Below are positions 12,823-24,972 of a DNA stretch of 64,000 nucleotides, piece after piece. Source of the DNA: Leptogorgia sarmentosa. Its lineage: Eukaryota. Each line of letters begins with the position of its first letter. The first letter of the stretch is position 1. The notes beneath the pieces were generated by a model. The model made no database searches and was not told the origin of the DNA. It worked only from the letters and a program-made list of their open reading frames with translations. Made by a program: the position numbers and the translations under genes. The DNA lies in assembly GCA_964658305.1 (NCBI GenBank), contig OZ210885.1, positions 21,142,001-21,206,000 on the forward strand, read 5' to 3'.

Positions 12823-15642
12823 TCAAATAGTGGTGAACTTTGTTCCAATTAATACCGCATTGATGCTATTTTCGAACATCTCGTACGTTGTGATTGTTGA
12901 CGGAATGTGGAATAATAAAATACAAGTGGAGGCAAAAAAGCCTTGAATATCCTCAACTGAAACCTTAATACACCTGTTTGAAAACGAACCGATACCTGAT
13001 CGACTGCCACTCAAAAAGGCCAATAACGCTGCTAGGTTTTCCGTACTAGCATTTTCAATATACTTGAAAAGCATTTCCACTTGAGGTTTCCCAATTGACG
13101 CATCTTCAACTATGAGAAGGCCCTTGACATATAATGGAGATATCTTTTCTTCTTCGTGTAGAAAGAACCTTTTAAACTTGTCTGGTTTTTTCTCAATTTC
13201 ATTGAGCAATCCAAGATTTGAAAGGCCCTTTCGTAGTTGATCTAACGCTGCTTTGTGTTTAATAATTGTTGCATGCAAGATTAACGTCTGCATAACGTCG
13301 AGCCTGTTTTGGACCTAAAAACAAAAAGGAATTGCACATAAGGTGCATGATACAGTGTTAGAAAATCAAAAAAACGGCGAAGCGGTGTAGCTTCAATTTA
13401 AGGGGTGATTTTTTGGATACTGTAGCAAACACTACTCTTTGGATCGGTTAATCTGGCAGTGGCATATACGTAAGCTGAAGTAGACGAGAATTTTCTGCAC
13501 AGATATTATAACAATAGTTTGTTTGTAGATACCGCACACAAAATATTTAGCACCCTGAAATCTTAGCCCCCTCTTAAACGTTTTTTAATCTTTTACAAGA
13601 CATAAGCTGGACATTTGGGCCCACTATACTGGGAAAATTTGTTTGCAAATTTCCAATGCATCTCTTTAATGATCATTTTGAGAAAAAAACTTACAGTTAG
13701 TCTGTGACTATCACCACATTCCTGCATCAGGTATGTAAATGACGGTTCATTAGCAATATCTGTAATGACTTCATTTAGCATTGTAGATGGGGCATCTCTA
13801 ATCTAAAATAGGAAAATATATTCTTATAATTATTTACTCTGTTATTTGCAAGTATTGTGAGAGAATAAAGCAGATAAATAATTTGCATAATTTGCAACGA
13901 AAGGTGAACTGCAATTGACAAACATCAAATTTTGCCACTAGAAATTTGTTAAATGGCCTAAAAAAACTGCATAAAACTGTTTTTTGGTGCAAAAATATAT
14001 ACCAGACAAATTCACAGTTGAATGTTGTTCCAAGAAATATTTTACAGAACAGTCTTAATTATTCTTTGGTGTTCTTGTTAAACTCATTATGGCTCACTAA
14101 ATTTCAAATGCAAAATTTTAGGTTCATTCATAACTACATATAAGGCTAAAATCCCTCTAGAAAGACTATGGATTATGATGAATGCACATTTTTAACAGCT
14201 CATAACTTGAAAAGATTAGGAAAAAATGTAATATAACCTTTGCAACAAATTCAACAAGATCAGGATCTGCAATATCAACAACAGACACTTTGGTAACAGC
14301 TTCTTCTAGATTTCCTGTGGCAATATATAAATAGACTGCTGGTGCAAAGTAAGGAAACCCAGGACGATTCTGCACCATGCTGTGACTGATCATTCTTCCA
14401 ATGATTTCAAAGACACCAGTTAATATACACTCGCTACTGTATACTGGTGTCAACCGACAGGATGGACCAGTGAATAATCACAATCCAAGGAAATCATTTT
14501 CTGAAAGCAGTGTAAAAGCAGTACTGAATGCCTGTCTCAGTACACCTCCAGAGTCAATAGCTGGCTGACCTCTTAGCTGGATCTTCACTGGTATCTTTGG
14601 GTCAAAAGAACTGCTTTTATAATACTGGAAAAAGTCGACTGCTAAATCCTCTTCATCAACTTTTAACTTCTCTGCACTCCCTATACTTCCCATTTGTTTT
14701 CTTAGCCGTTTAAGCACTTCTGAAACTGGCTCATCTTGTGCTTGTGTTGACTCATCACTCAAAGCGTGTGCTGCAATGTCTGGATCTTCATACCGAATTA
14801 GAGTCTCTCGAACTACATCTTCGTCTTCTTCTGGGAAAACCATTCTCAGATTAGCTAGACTTTCATCAAAAAATGAGTGGCCAGCCGAAGTCGAAGGCGT
14901 ATTGTTATCAATGTGAACCACAGTTGATGAAATGTTGACATTTTCAACATCAACATTTGCAGCCACCTCATCATGTATACTTCAATTTCAGTTATTTCAT
15001 CAGAATCTTCAGCTGTTTCATCGTCAACAAGGATATCTTTAATAACATTCAGTCTAACGTAAAGTTTCCCTTGTCCACACAACTGTTTAACGTGTTTAAA
15101 ATCCCACTGATGTTCAGCTTTGACAATAGAAGTAGTGATAGTGTTCCTGTCACGGCTAACGAAATCGAAATCTTTCTTAGTAATAAGAGGCAGTTTTACT
15201 TTAAACAGACTGGTAAGTTCTGAACGAATTTCGTCTTCCGAATATGTTGATTTAAGATCACACTCGCCTTTGACAAGGATCATTGATTCTGTCAAACTAT
15301 AGTCGGATTTATTCTGATAAGCCACGTTTTCAATAAGATAAACTGTCTTTGGAACTATTTGTGGCGTAGCAGCATTGCTCGTTTTCTGCTTAGATTTCTT
15401 CCCTGTAAATCGTAAAGGATGTCCAGGTGCTGGTCACTTGTTGCTGGACAAACGTGGCATCGACGCCAATGGACTATTACTACTACTTGGGTTTATATTA
15501 CGCAGTGACTCATTTCTGATGTCGCCGATGCCTCAATTAGGCTGCGTGTTCTTTGCACCAGACTTTGGTTGCTTGTTTGATCAATCTTTTGCAGTTCTTC
15601 TCGGACACATGCTCGTATTTCTTCGCGAAGGGAATCCGCCAT
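12823..15642 (-). pseudogene. HECT-domain E3 ubiquitin ligase-like gene with a CUE-like domain (IS3EU-1 second gene), 3 exons, frameshifted
   Basis: Predicted exons 15642-14238, 13802-13695 and 13314-12823 with GT-AG introns. HECT N-lobe GQPAIDSGGVLRQAF and GRMISHS..PGFPYF. C-lobe FFASTC (catalytic Cys) and terminal FTTI* (-4 Phe). CUE-like LRMVFPEEDEDVVRETL...AAHAL. Confidence 0.8.
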
Positions 15643-15698
15643 TTTACAGTGGGTAACAAACGCACAAAGGCTTCCGGGATTTGTTGACAACAATTTTA

Positions 15699-16039
15699 AT
15701 TTGTTGAATGTGAATAATATTTCTATTTTGTTGAATGTGAATAGTGTTTTGTTGAGTGTGAATACTGTTTATTTTGTTGAATGTGAATAGTGTTTTGTTG
15801 AATATGAATACTATTTATTTTGTTGAATGTGAATAGTGTTTTGTTGAATATGAATACTATGTATTTTGTTGAATGTGAATAAGATTTTGTTGAATGTGAA
15901 TGTTTTGTTGAATAAGAAGGCGTTTTGTTGAATATGAATACTCTCATTTTTGAATTAAAATGCGATGTGTTCAATGTGAATATTTAATTTAGTGAGTGCG
16001 AATGAGTTTCTTCAATATTGCACCATTTCGCCTACCATA
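15699..16039 (-). repeat. IS3EU-1 right TIR
   Basis: Reverse complement of 10371-~10710, with TTTTGTTGAATGTG units. Confidence 0.9.
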
Positions 16040-16252
16040 GTCTCAAAGGTTAAGCCATGCATGTCCAAGTATAAGCACTTGTACTGTTAAACTGCGAATG
16101 GCTCATTAAATCAGTTATCGTTTATTTGATTGTTCTGTCTTACTACTTGGATAACCGTAGTAATTCTAGAGCTAATACATGCGAAATGTCCCGACTCTCG
16201 TGGAAGGGATGTATTTATTAGATTGAAAACCAATGCGGCTTAACGGCTGCTT
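16040..16252 (+). rRNA. 18S rRNA continuation after IS3EU-1, truncated
   Basis: GTCTCAAAGGTTAAGCCATGCATGTC, ACTGCGAATGGCTCATTAAATCAG and GGATAACCGTAGTAATTCTAGAGCTAATACATGC. Confidence 0.93.
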
Positions 16253-16255
16253 ATC

Positions 16256-16495
16256 TACCTTTTGCGGGATCTGATGAGTGTCGACTTTGGCACCTTAACT
16301 TGGCGTTCGGTTCATCCGTTTCGCCAGTTCTGCTTACCAAAAATGGCCCACTAAGAGCTCGCATTCGAGTGTCTGGCTTCAATCAAGCAAGTCGGACGTC
16401 CTACCAATTTAAAGTTTGAGAGTAGGTTAAGGTCATTTCGAGCCTAAGACCTCTAATCATTCGCTTTACCTGATAAAACTGCATGTATGAACTCC
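16256..16495 (-). rRNA. Inverted 28S rRNA fragment
   Basis: Reverse complement of about 6553-6795 (GGAGTTCATACATGCAG...GCTCATCAGATCCC). Confidence 0.9.
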
Positions 16496-17442
16496 TATAT
16501 ATAAGAGAATGTGCACACAGATGAGCAAAAGCTATATCATGTAAAGAACCTTAATAATTAGAATTGTCAAAAGGAGGGGATGGCTGGCCTGTGGCACACT
16601 ACATATCTAATAATAGATCTCCATATATTATAATTACATTTAAACAGAAACTAATTCTTTATACTGAAGAACTTTAATAAGTTACAAAAGTCCTTGTTTC
16701 AACCTGAGAAACAAATTAATGAAACTCATTTATCTTTGAATTTTTTGAATACTAGACATACAATTTTCACTTCAAACTATACTTAAAAACATTTCATTGA
16801 CAATCCCAACAATGTATTGCTTGCCTTTAATATTTTTATACACGGCCGTGTTTTTGCCATTTTAAAGTAAAGGTTTGATATGAGAATTAGTCAAGTCCTT
16901 TTTGTTTCATTACCTCTTCTATAGAAATTTTTTATTTTCACATATGTTATTCAGAAAACACTGATATATCATACAATGTATAGCTTGGCCTGGGGACCGA
17001 ATGATATCAATGCGTTTTTTTACTTTGAACATTGATGTAATATGATGCGTTTCGGAGGAATGTGCATGTTAAATTTGAAGTCATTTTCTCGCTTCATTCT
17101 AGCCATAGATTTTTCATTTTGCAATATATTATACATATTTCAATGATAATTCCAACAATGTATTGCTTGCCTTTAATATTTTTATACACTGCCGTGTTTT
17201 TGCCATTTTAAAGTAAAGGTCTGATATGAGAATTAGTCTGCAAGTCAAATGGAAATGCTTGTGAACTTCAAGTCCTTTTTTTCATTACCTATTCTATAGA
17301 AATTTTTTATTTTCACATATGTTATTCAGAAAACACTGATATATCATACAATGTATAGCTTGGCCTGGGGACCGAATCATATCAATGCGTTTTTTTACTT
17401 TGAACATTGATGTAATATGATGCGTTTCGGAGGAATGTGCAT
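16496..17442 (+). repeat. Left modular TIR of the giant element
   Basis: Internal tandem duplication (about 16805-17067 versus 17151-17442). A diverged further unit lies near 34850-34920, after IS3EU-2. Confidence 0.85.
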
Positions 17443-19619
17443 CAAAGTCATTTTGTTATTACCTTCTAAATATGAGGCACCGGATGTAAAAAAATTATTT
17501 AAGAAATTTTTGTTATATTTTCCATGGTTTGCATATAATCACATGGTATAGATGATTATTTCTAAACAAGTATTCAAATGTGAATTGCTTGTTTGTAAAT
17601 AATCATTTCCAAAAAATTGCTTATTTGTAAATAATCATTTTGTGAAAATGCTTGTTTACAAATAATCATTTGTAGAAAAATGCTTATTTGTAAACAATCC
17701 TTTTAAAATAAATGATTGTTTGTAAATAATCATTTTCGAAAAATTGCTTATTTGTAAATAATCATTTTGTGAAAATGCTTGTTTGCAAACAATCATTATT
17801 TGAAAATGATTATTTGTAATTTCATTGTATGCGCAGCTGGTATGCGCAGTAGCGACAACGGAGCCTTCGCGCATTTTGTCCAGCTGTCACACATTTTCGC
17901 GTGCATTTGCGCATTCATGTAGATAAATGTAAATGAAATAAATTTTTTTTCATATTATATTCATCGATCGGACGATTTCTGACAATGCAAAAAATTTGAA
18001 ATTCAAATGGCTTCGTTTAACCCAGACGATTTGGGGAGAGTTGTGGCAAGCGCAGTGGCCGCTTTCTTAAGCTCCAGTGCAACAGCAAGTACGAGCATGT
18101 CCACAAATGCCAGTACATCAACACCGACGATAGCTACAACCTCAGCTTCGTCGGCTTGAGCTTCGACTAGTTCAACGCCAAGCCGAACACAGCAAAATAC
18201 CACTCAGGTTTGTATAAAAGAAACATTTCTTTTAAAAATTTCTTATAAAAATTTGTCTTTTATTTATTAATTTGGCCACGTTGTTAATATTTTAAACGTC
18301 GTTCCCTTTTTAGTGTTTAAGTTCCCTTTTTCCCTTTTTATTGTGATGAGAGGCAAAATTCACATCAGTCATCGAGCAATAAATAGTCATTCATAGTGTA
18401 AACTCTGGGGGGCGCGTCCCAAATTCCCTCGATGTGCGAATCTTCGTAGTTGCCTTTATTTCTTTGCAATGTTTGAACAAATAGTATGCAATTGTATCGT
18501 TATGCTATTGTTCATCATTGTTTGCGGTTATTCTTATGGATAAAAAAGTTAGCTACACACGTAATGTGATCTAAGATGCCTCAAGTTGTAGTAATCAATG
18601 CCACAAAGCCCCTCCGGAATTTCGATTTTTGCGAAAATTGCAACTTAGCACGTGTTCGGGGGATGAAATATTTGTGTACACAATATGGCGCACGCTAAAG
18701 AGTGCGACCTTGTATGAGTAACTATAATGTTGCCGAGTTTCAACAGGAAAACCATAATTTTGTGTATTCACTAAGCGCATTTATTTGAACGTGTTTGTTG
18801 CCATTTGTTCTCGGCATAGTCGCGGCCTAGCAGTTATCGAAATATTCCCATTCATGATTCATGTGATGTACTCCCAATGTAAAAGAACAATTTACTACAA
18901 TCTAATTCAGCCAGTTGCTCGCTTTTGCCTTGTAATCTATTTTAATCGACTGAAGAGACGATATGATTCAAGATAATACTGATGTCCAGCAGCTTCAATA
19001 AGCTTGGGTTGTGCTTGTCTAGATTGTTTACATGAATACTGAATAGTGGCGACTCGGGGATTCTTCAATTCCGCAATATAAGTAAACTACATATGTAGGC
19101 GAACAAAAGTAAATTTAACGTTGGCCTGAAATTGTGAATAGACTGAATTTCTATTACTACGCGGAGATAGCCTTTTGTTCAGTACTATATAATCACACGT
19201 TCATTGTTCCATTCCGTGTTATTATAATATTTTGAAGGTCAGAGTTCAACAAAATAATATCGAACACGCGAAATTTGAATGTGCGGATTTTCTTTCGAGT
19301 ATGAGCAACCTAAATGCACTACACATCACCAGGGTTGGTTAGGTACATGGTAGTTGAATTTTAGGTTGATAATCATGACACTGGAACAGAACAGAGCACA
19401 GAATCTAGAGGGGAAGACCCCTTTTCTGGAGATCACGATATGGAGAGTGTTGCTGTAGCCAGGTAGTGTCATAATCTAAAATTTAAATAGCATTGATTCA
19501 CTAGAGAATCCAATATTGTCATTTCTAGTGTGTGATAGATCTGCTTTAATCGGCTGATCATTCTGAAATTTTGAGATTACCTAACATTTGTACACCTGAA
19601 GAGAGTGTTTAAATTACTA

Positions 19620-20771
19620 GGGGTGCCGGAAGACCCAAGAAATTTGTCAGAGCAGACCAGTTGAAAGACATGGTCAGTTTGGGCTACAAGACAACACAGA
19701 TTGCCAGGCTCCTTGGGGTTTCAAGACCAACTGTATACCGGATGATGCGCGATACAAACATAAACCCAGCTGCTCGATACACAAGAATGTCTGAACGCGA
19801 ATTGGACCAAAAAATATCCAATATAAAGATTGATCACCCTGACATCGGAGAAGTCATGATAGCAGGTCACCTCAGTGCACAAAGCATAAAAGTTAAAAGG
19901 TCTGATTTGAGAGCATCACTCCTAAGAGTAGACCCTGAAGGTGTTGTCGAACATAGACGGACACGCCTACGCCATCGCATATATGATAATCCTGGTCCAA
20001 ATTATGTGTGGCACATTGATGGCAACCACAAATTTAGTTCGTTGGGGGTTTGTTATTCACGTGGCGATTGATGGATTTAGTAGACTGGCGACGTTTGCCG
20101 AAGCCTCTAACAACAATCTTTCCGCCACTGTTTTTGGTTATTTTCAAACAGCAGTTGCACAGTTTGGTCTCCCTGCCCGTGTGAGATCAGAGCATGGTGG
20201 GGAAAATGTCTTGGTATGGCGGCACATGGCAGCTGCTAATGGTCCAGATAGCGTGATTGTTGGTAGCTCCGTACGTAACCAACGTGTAGAAAGGTTTAAC
20301 CTGGATATTAATACCAATGTGACGAGACAGTTTTCCGCACTCTTTAGGGACCTCGAGTTTGAAGGGCGTTTAAATGCATCAAATGAAACTGACTTATTCT
20401 GTTTGCAATATGTCTATCTTCCAAGAATTAACAGAGTTTTGCATCAATTTATAGCAGCTCACAACAACCACGCCATTTCCAGTGAAGGGTCTGCAACGCC
20501 ACTGCAACTATTTCATGCACATCAGCATTTGACCGAATTGTACAGTTCATGTGTTCACAGCGTTCCTAATCCAGTATTAAACGTACAGAGCCTACTCAAT
20601 AATACTGAGGACCTCCCATATGTTGATGTTCCAGCCAGACCTTGTCCGTTGGCACTAGAGAAATTTGTGGAATTGCGACGTGTAGTGGATCTGATGAGTC
20701 AATCGTCGTGCTTTGGAAGAGATTTATTTGAAAGAACTGTAGATTTTGTTGCTCAATCGTTGCAGGAGTAG
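19620..20771 (+). pseudogene. IS3/IS481-like DDE transposase of IS3EU-2, frameshifted
   Basis: HTH IARLLGVSRPTVYR, then WHIDGNHK, a frameshift near 20030, RSEHGGEN (second D appears changed to E), NQRVERFN and HNNH. Confidence 0.88.
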
Positions 20772-20978
20772 AGTTAATATAAAGTAGTATGTTCTACCCG
20801 ACCACTTTCGTTTGAAATTAACCTGAAAACAACAGAATAACAATATACTGTATTAAAATAACCACCCCCTTAATTAACGCTCTATAGCGACGGTCCTGCA
20901 AACAAGTTTAAAATGAACAAAATTAAAACCACATTAATATAGTACATATACGATATTTAATTAATTGGTTTGATTGGT

Positions 20979-23900
20979 TTAAGCACGTCCAAAGCCAGGC
21001 GAATTTTGGATTCCGTCATCCATGAAGTCTTTAAATTCTTCGTAAGAGACATCGTCATTGTCTGGCCATGTTGGAAGTACGAGAGTGTTACCACATGTGT
21101 TTCCCCTTGGCCTTTTGTCTGCCCAGAATTCCACCGTCGGGGAAGGATCGAACCCACATGGTGGTACCTCCTCGGATGCGGTTGCAAAAACCAATATTTC
21201 CTCCAGTGATACGCACGTGTTACCAGCTATAAAACGCAAAGCAACATTCCAGTTGGAAATTAGCAAAATACAGTTACAGGAAAATGACATTGAAAAATAA
21301 GGCTATTGTCACACTCAGTCTGAAGGGCAATCACGATTTTTATTTGATTCATTTGATTCAAAGTTTTTTTTAGCAGAGAGTGTTATTTCATAATGACAAA
21401 AGTTATAAAGACATAGATCTACGTCATAACGTCAACGTTGTCTGACAAAGGTTTTACCAAACTTTACAAACCGTTAAATTTAGAGCGCTTTGAGAGAATT
21501 TTCACTCACCTTCTGTCTCTTGCAAATAATCCCTCCAGTGCATTAGGATAAGTTCTTGCTTTTCCCGTGTATTGCAACCGGATCCAGTATTGGGGTAAAT
21601 ATTCTATCAACATCACTTGCTCTAAGCGTTTTTTCTTGATAGCAGAACAGACTTTCAAATTCTGCTTGATGTTGCTTCATGACACAGAGCACATCAAGCG
21701 TGTTCAGGCCTTCTTTAAACTGCTCCAAAGCACTTCGCGGTTTGTCAATAACCTTGTACCTGGCGATCATTTTCACCAACTCCTCTCTATCACAAAATTT
21801 TGGGACAGACGCGTAACCACAAGAACTCAACAGCTCCACCATCCAATCATCGTTCACATGACTTCTGAATTCCTCTTCAGTTTTAGAATCTAATACCTGT
21901 AACGAGTGTACTGTAATTTAGATTTTAATCTCGAGTTCATCATGGAAATTGCGAATCTGTAATTAACCTGTAATTCAGTCGATGTTCGTTATGTGATATT
22001 TGCAAGGTGATTTGCAAGATATACCTTTGCCAAAGTATCCCTGGTTTGTGTGTATGGAACGTCGTCTATTTTGGGCTTTGCTTCCTTATCAACAATGAAG
22101 TTGAAAACACTTCTGCATAAACAGTGGCAAACTTTTCCGCCATTTATCAGTGACAATGCCAACAATTTCCCGTAACTGCGATAAAGGCCTTTTGACAAAG
22201 CTACAAAATACAAAAGACAGAAAAGTGTTGAAATGTGATACATTCAGTATTTCAGATGCAGGCAGTATTTTGGGTTACTCCTGAAATAGTATTTAATAGT
22301 ATTTTATATATATATATCAGTATTTTACGTTTCTTTCAATGCAATCTCACCTTGAATGTTATGCACTAGGACTTTGTTTCCATCAGGTCCCTGAAACACA
22401 CTAGTTTTCAAAAACATCTTGTTAACTGCAAGCCGAAAAAATCCTCGTCTGCAAACTTCACCGAAATTGGCAAGTTCGGTTGAAAAGATAGCCTGTTGAT
22501 TTTGTTAACACCGTCATCAAGTACATGTCCTCGCCTTACGTTCACATAATTACGCCTAAGATCGTCACTTGACACCAATACTTTTTGACAATGTACTTTC
22601 AAGATGTCTTTGATATCTTGCAACTTGGCTTGATCAGCATTCCTAACGGAAACGGTAGCACATAGCTGTTCCATTATTCTTAGGTATGAATCTCATGCAT
22701 GAGATAAAATGTCAGTTTCAATATGCGTTATATTTGGCATGTCGCCTGTATGAAGGAATTAATGGAGTTTTTCGTGCAACATATACATGTCATAGCAGCG
22801 CATGGGATCACATGCTACGTTTATAAATATGTCGGGGGGTATGCAGCAGTATCTTTACCTCGTACTTTCTTCCAAAGCTATCTGTAACAAAATGTCATCA
22901 TCTTCACTAACTTCTCCGTCATCGAGAAGAGATATGTAGGACCTTATGTTGTGGAAAAACACTTTGTGAGTGTGAATGTGCATGACTCGATATGAAAAAA
23001 AATATAATAGACGGGAAAAAACTATTATTTAGATTTTCTTATCACAACGTATTTTTTTATGCATAATTACCATAAACATGCAAGAAAGTTATACGTTGTA
23101 TAACACTATACCGCATTCAACTTGCAAACCTGTATTGTGGTGTCGATATGGGTTCATTAATTATTTCGATTTCATCATTTGGAGTTGCAACAACTTCGGT
23201 ATTCCGACTGACGACAACTGAACTTTCGTCGTTTTCTTCCTCAGTCTTCAAAAATTGGAGAAAAAACTATGCTAAATATTCATTGCCATAATATCACAGT
23301 CCTCTTTGCTGCGACTAAAATGTGTTCAATATGCATGAGTTGTTTTGTGACACCTTTGGGAATTTAATTGAATTGAATTTCCCAAGGTGTCCCGACGCAC
23401 ATTCAAACCTTGCTCCCGTATGCTCGAATGGCACAAAAAATAAGTCATTCAACAGCCTTGCTTTTTATGACTATGCAAAAATTTACATTCATTCATCATA
23501 CAAAATGGCAATGTTGGAGTACCCTTTTTTGAGACACCCTGTATATCTGTCAAATGTAGGTGATGAGGTTAAATATAAGCATTCCACCTGCATATAAGAT
23601 TCGTCTATTTCATCTGTTTCCTGGTCTAATAATTCTGACTTGGCAAGTATGTATATACTGCCCTGTCCAGCCAGTGAAGCAACATCTTGTCCACTCCACA
23701 TAAATGAACTTGACACACTTGGTACCTTCAGTCTTCTGGTCCCTTTTACGACCATCAGATATTCGAAGTCCAAAAGTTCATCCTCACCAAGTGCGAACAA
23801 TTTTCCAAAAATTGAACTAATTTCAACTGCAACCTGATATTAAGTGAAAATCATCAACACTATGAATTTGGCTAAGTCACATCACCAATTTTTACCTGTC

Positions 23901-24187
23901 GAGCAGACCATGTTGAGACTAGTCTCATCTTCCCTACCAATCCCCTAATTGCAAGCCTTCCTCGAGATTCACCTCTTGGTATTGTGAATGTTGTGTTATT
24001 AACGAGGGGATTGTCCTCATTTGGGATACAAACTATATCTTTGCTCCACGTTTTGGTTCTTCCTACACTTCCTGAGGTGCGTCGTCTGGGTGTGGTGGTA
24101 TAGGTGGAAGCAGATGACTGGTATCTTGAAGGCAAGGGTACTGGTGTTCCCAAAACAGTCTGCCTCTGTGGTCTCACATTAATGGCC
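20979..24187 (-). pseudogene. HECT-domain E3 ligase-like gene with a UIM-like motif (IS3EU-2 second gene), multi-exon, disrupted
   Basis: C-lobe ILVFATASEEVPPCGF...PRGNTCGNTLVLP...SPGFGRA*. N-lobe VRRGHVLDD...ISVKFADE, YGKLLALSLINGG and LEQFKEGL. The small exon at about 22860-22942 encodes EDDDILLQIALEES (UIM-like). Confidence 0.8.
23250..23541 (-). mobile_element. Tc1/mariner-type terminal fragment inserted in a HECT-gene exon
   Basis: TA-CAGGGTGTCTCAAAAAAGGG terminus on the minus strand at 23541. The other end was not found, so the left boundary is approximate. Confidence 0.5.
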
Positions 24188-24972
24188 TGTGTAAAATATA
24201 AAAATGAAGACTAAAATGTCAGCTAAACGTGTTGTCCAGGGCTGCAGAGTGTGTGTAGGAGAGGGGGTTAAGTAAAAATGCAAAGACGATGACCGTTTAT
24301 ATACTCAATATATACGCAACCCTAGTGATGTGTAGTGCATTTAGGTTGCTCATACTCGAAAAAGTGACCCAGTTGTTTGGTTTTATTTCTATTCACCCTA
24401 CCCCAAGAGATATTCAAGGATAGTGCAAAGTTTCTGCGAAAATATCGAGCTAAAGCTGATGTTACACTGGACGATTTTCAACGCTCGACAGCCTGCCCTG
24501 TTGTGGTGCGAATTGTCGTTAAGGTTACATCACACTATGAAAGGTTGATTTTTTTACTTTTTATGTTTTTACATAGTTATATTATAGACATAAGTACTGT
24601 ATCTATCATATTTCGCAATTTTTTAAATAAAATATTGAAATGCAACGGAGATATAGAGAAATGCTTTTTTCTGACAAAAAATTGCGCGAAAGTTTTAATT
24701 TTGATAGACACATACTGTCATTCCGGCATAGCGCAAGGTGTTATCCATAATTTGAAGGTGTGAAGTAATACTGAGTTTTGGGCCAAGCTTTTTTCGGATA
24801 TACGATATTACACAGCACTGCATATTTCTCAAACATTATTCGCGTGCTGAATATAGCGACATGTCTAAAAGAAAAGGCGTGAAGTGTAAAAACGAGTCTC
24901 TCGTATAGCATGTATTCTTATTACATGTATTCTACCCAAATTTCAATGCCAAAACACCTTGTCAAAACTTAA

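Larger units (their letters stand above)
10371..16039 (+). mobile_element. IS3EU-type DNA transposon (IS3EU-1), full length, 5.67 kb, two convergent genes
   Basis: Termini TATGGTAGGC...GCCTACCATA. 6-bp TSD GTCTCA at 10365-10370 and 16040-16045. TIRs of about 340 bp. Integrase-like DDE gene on +, HECT gene on -. Confidence 0.9.

Noticed and set aside
13398..13578. TTAA-flanked MITE in a HECT intron
   Set aside because: The inverted repeats are too poorly matched to call.
12823..24187. HECT genes as host G2E3 orthologues
   Set aside because: They lack N-terminal PHD/RING fingers, and both lie inside TIR/TSD-bounded elements.
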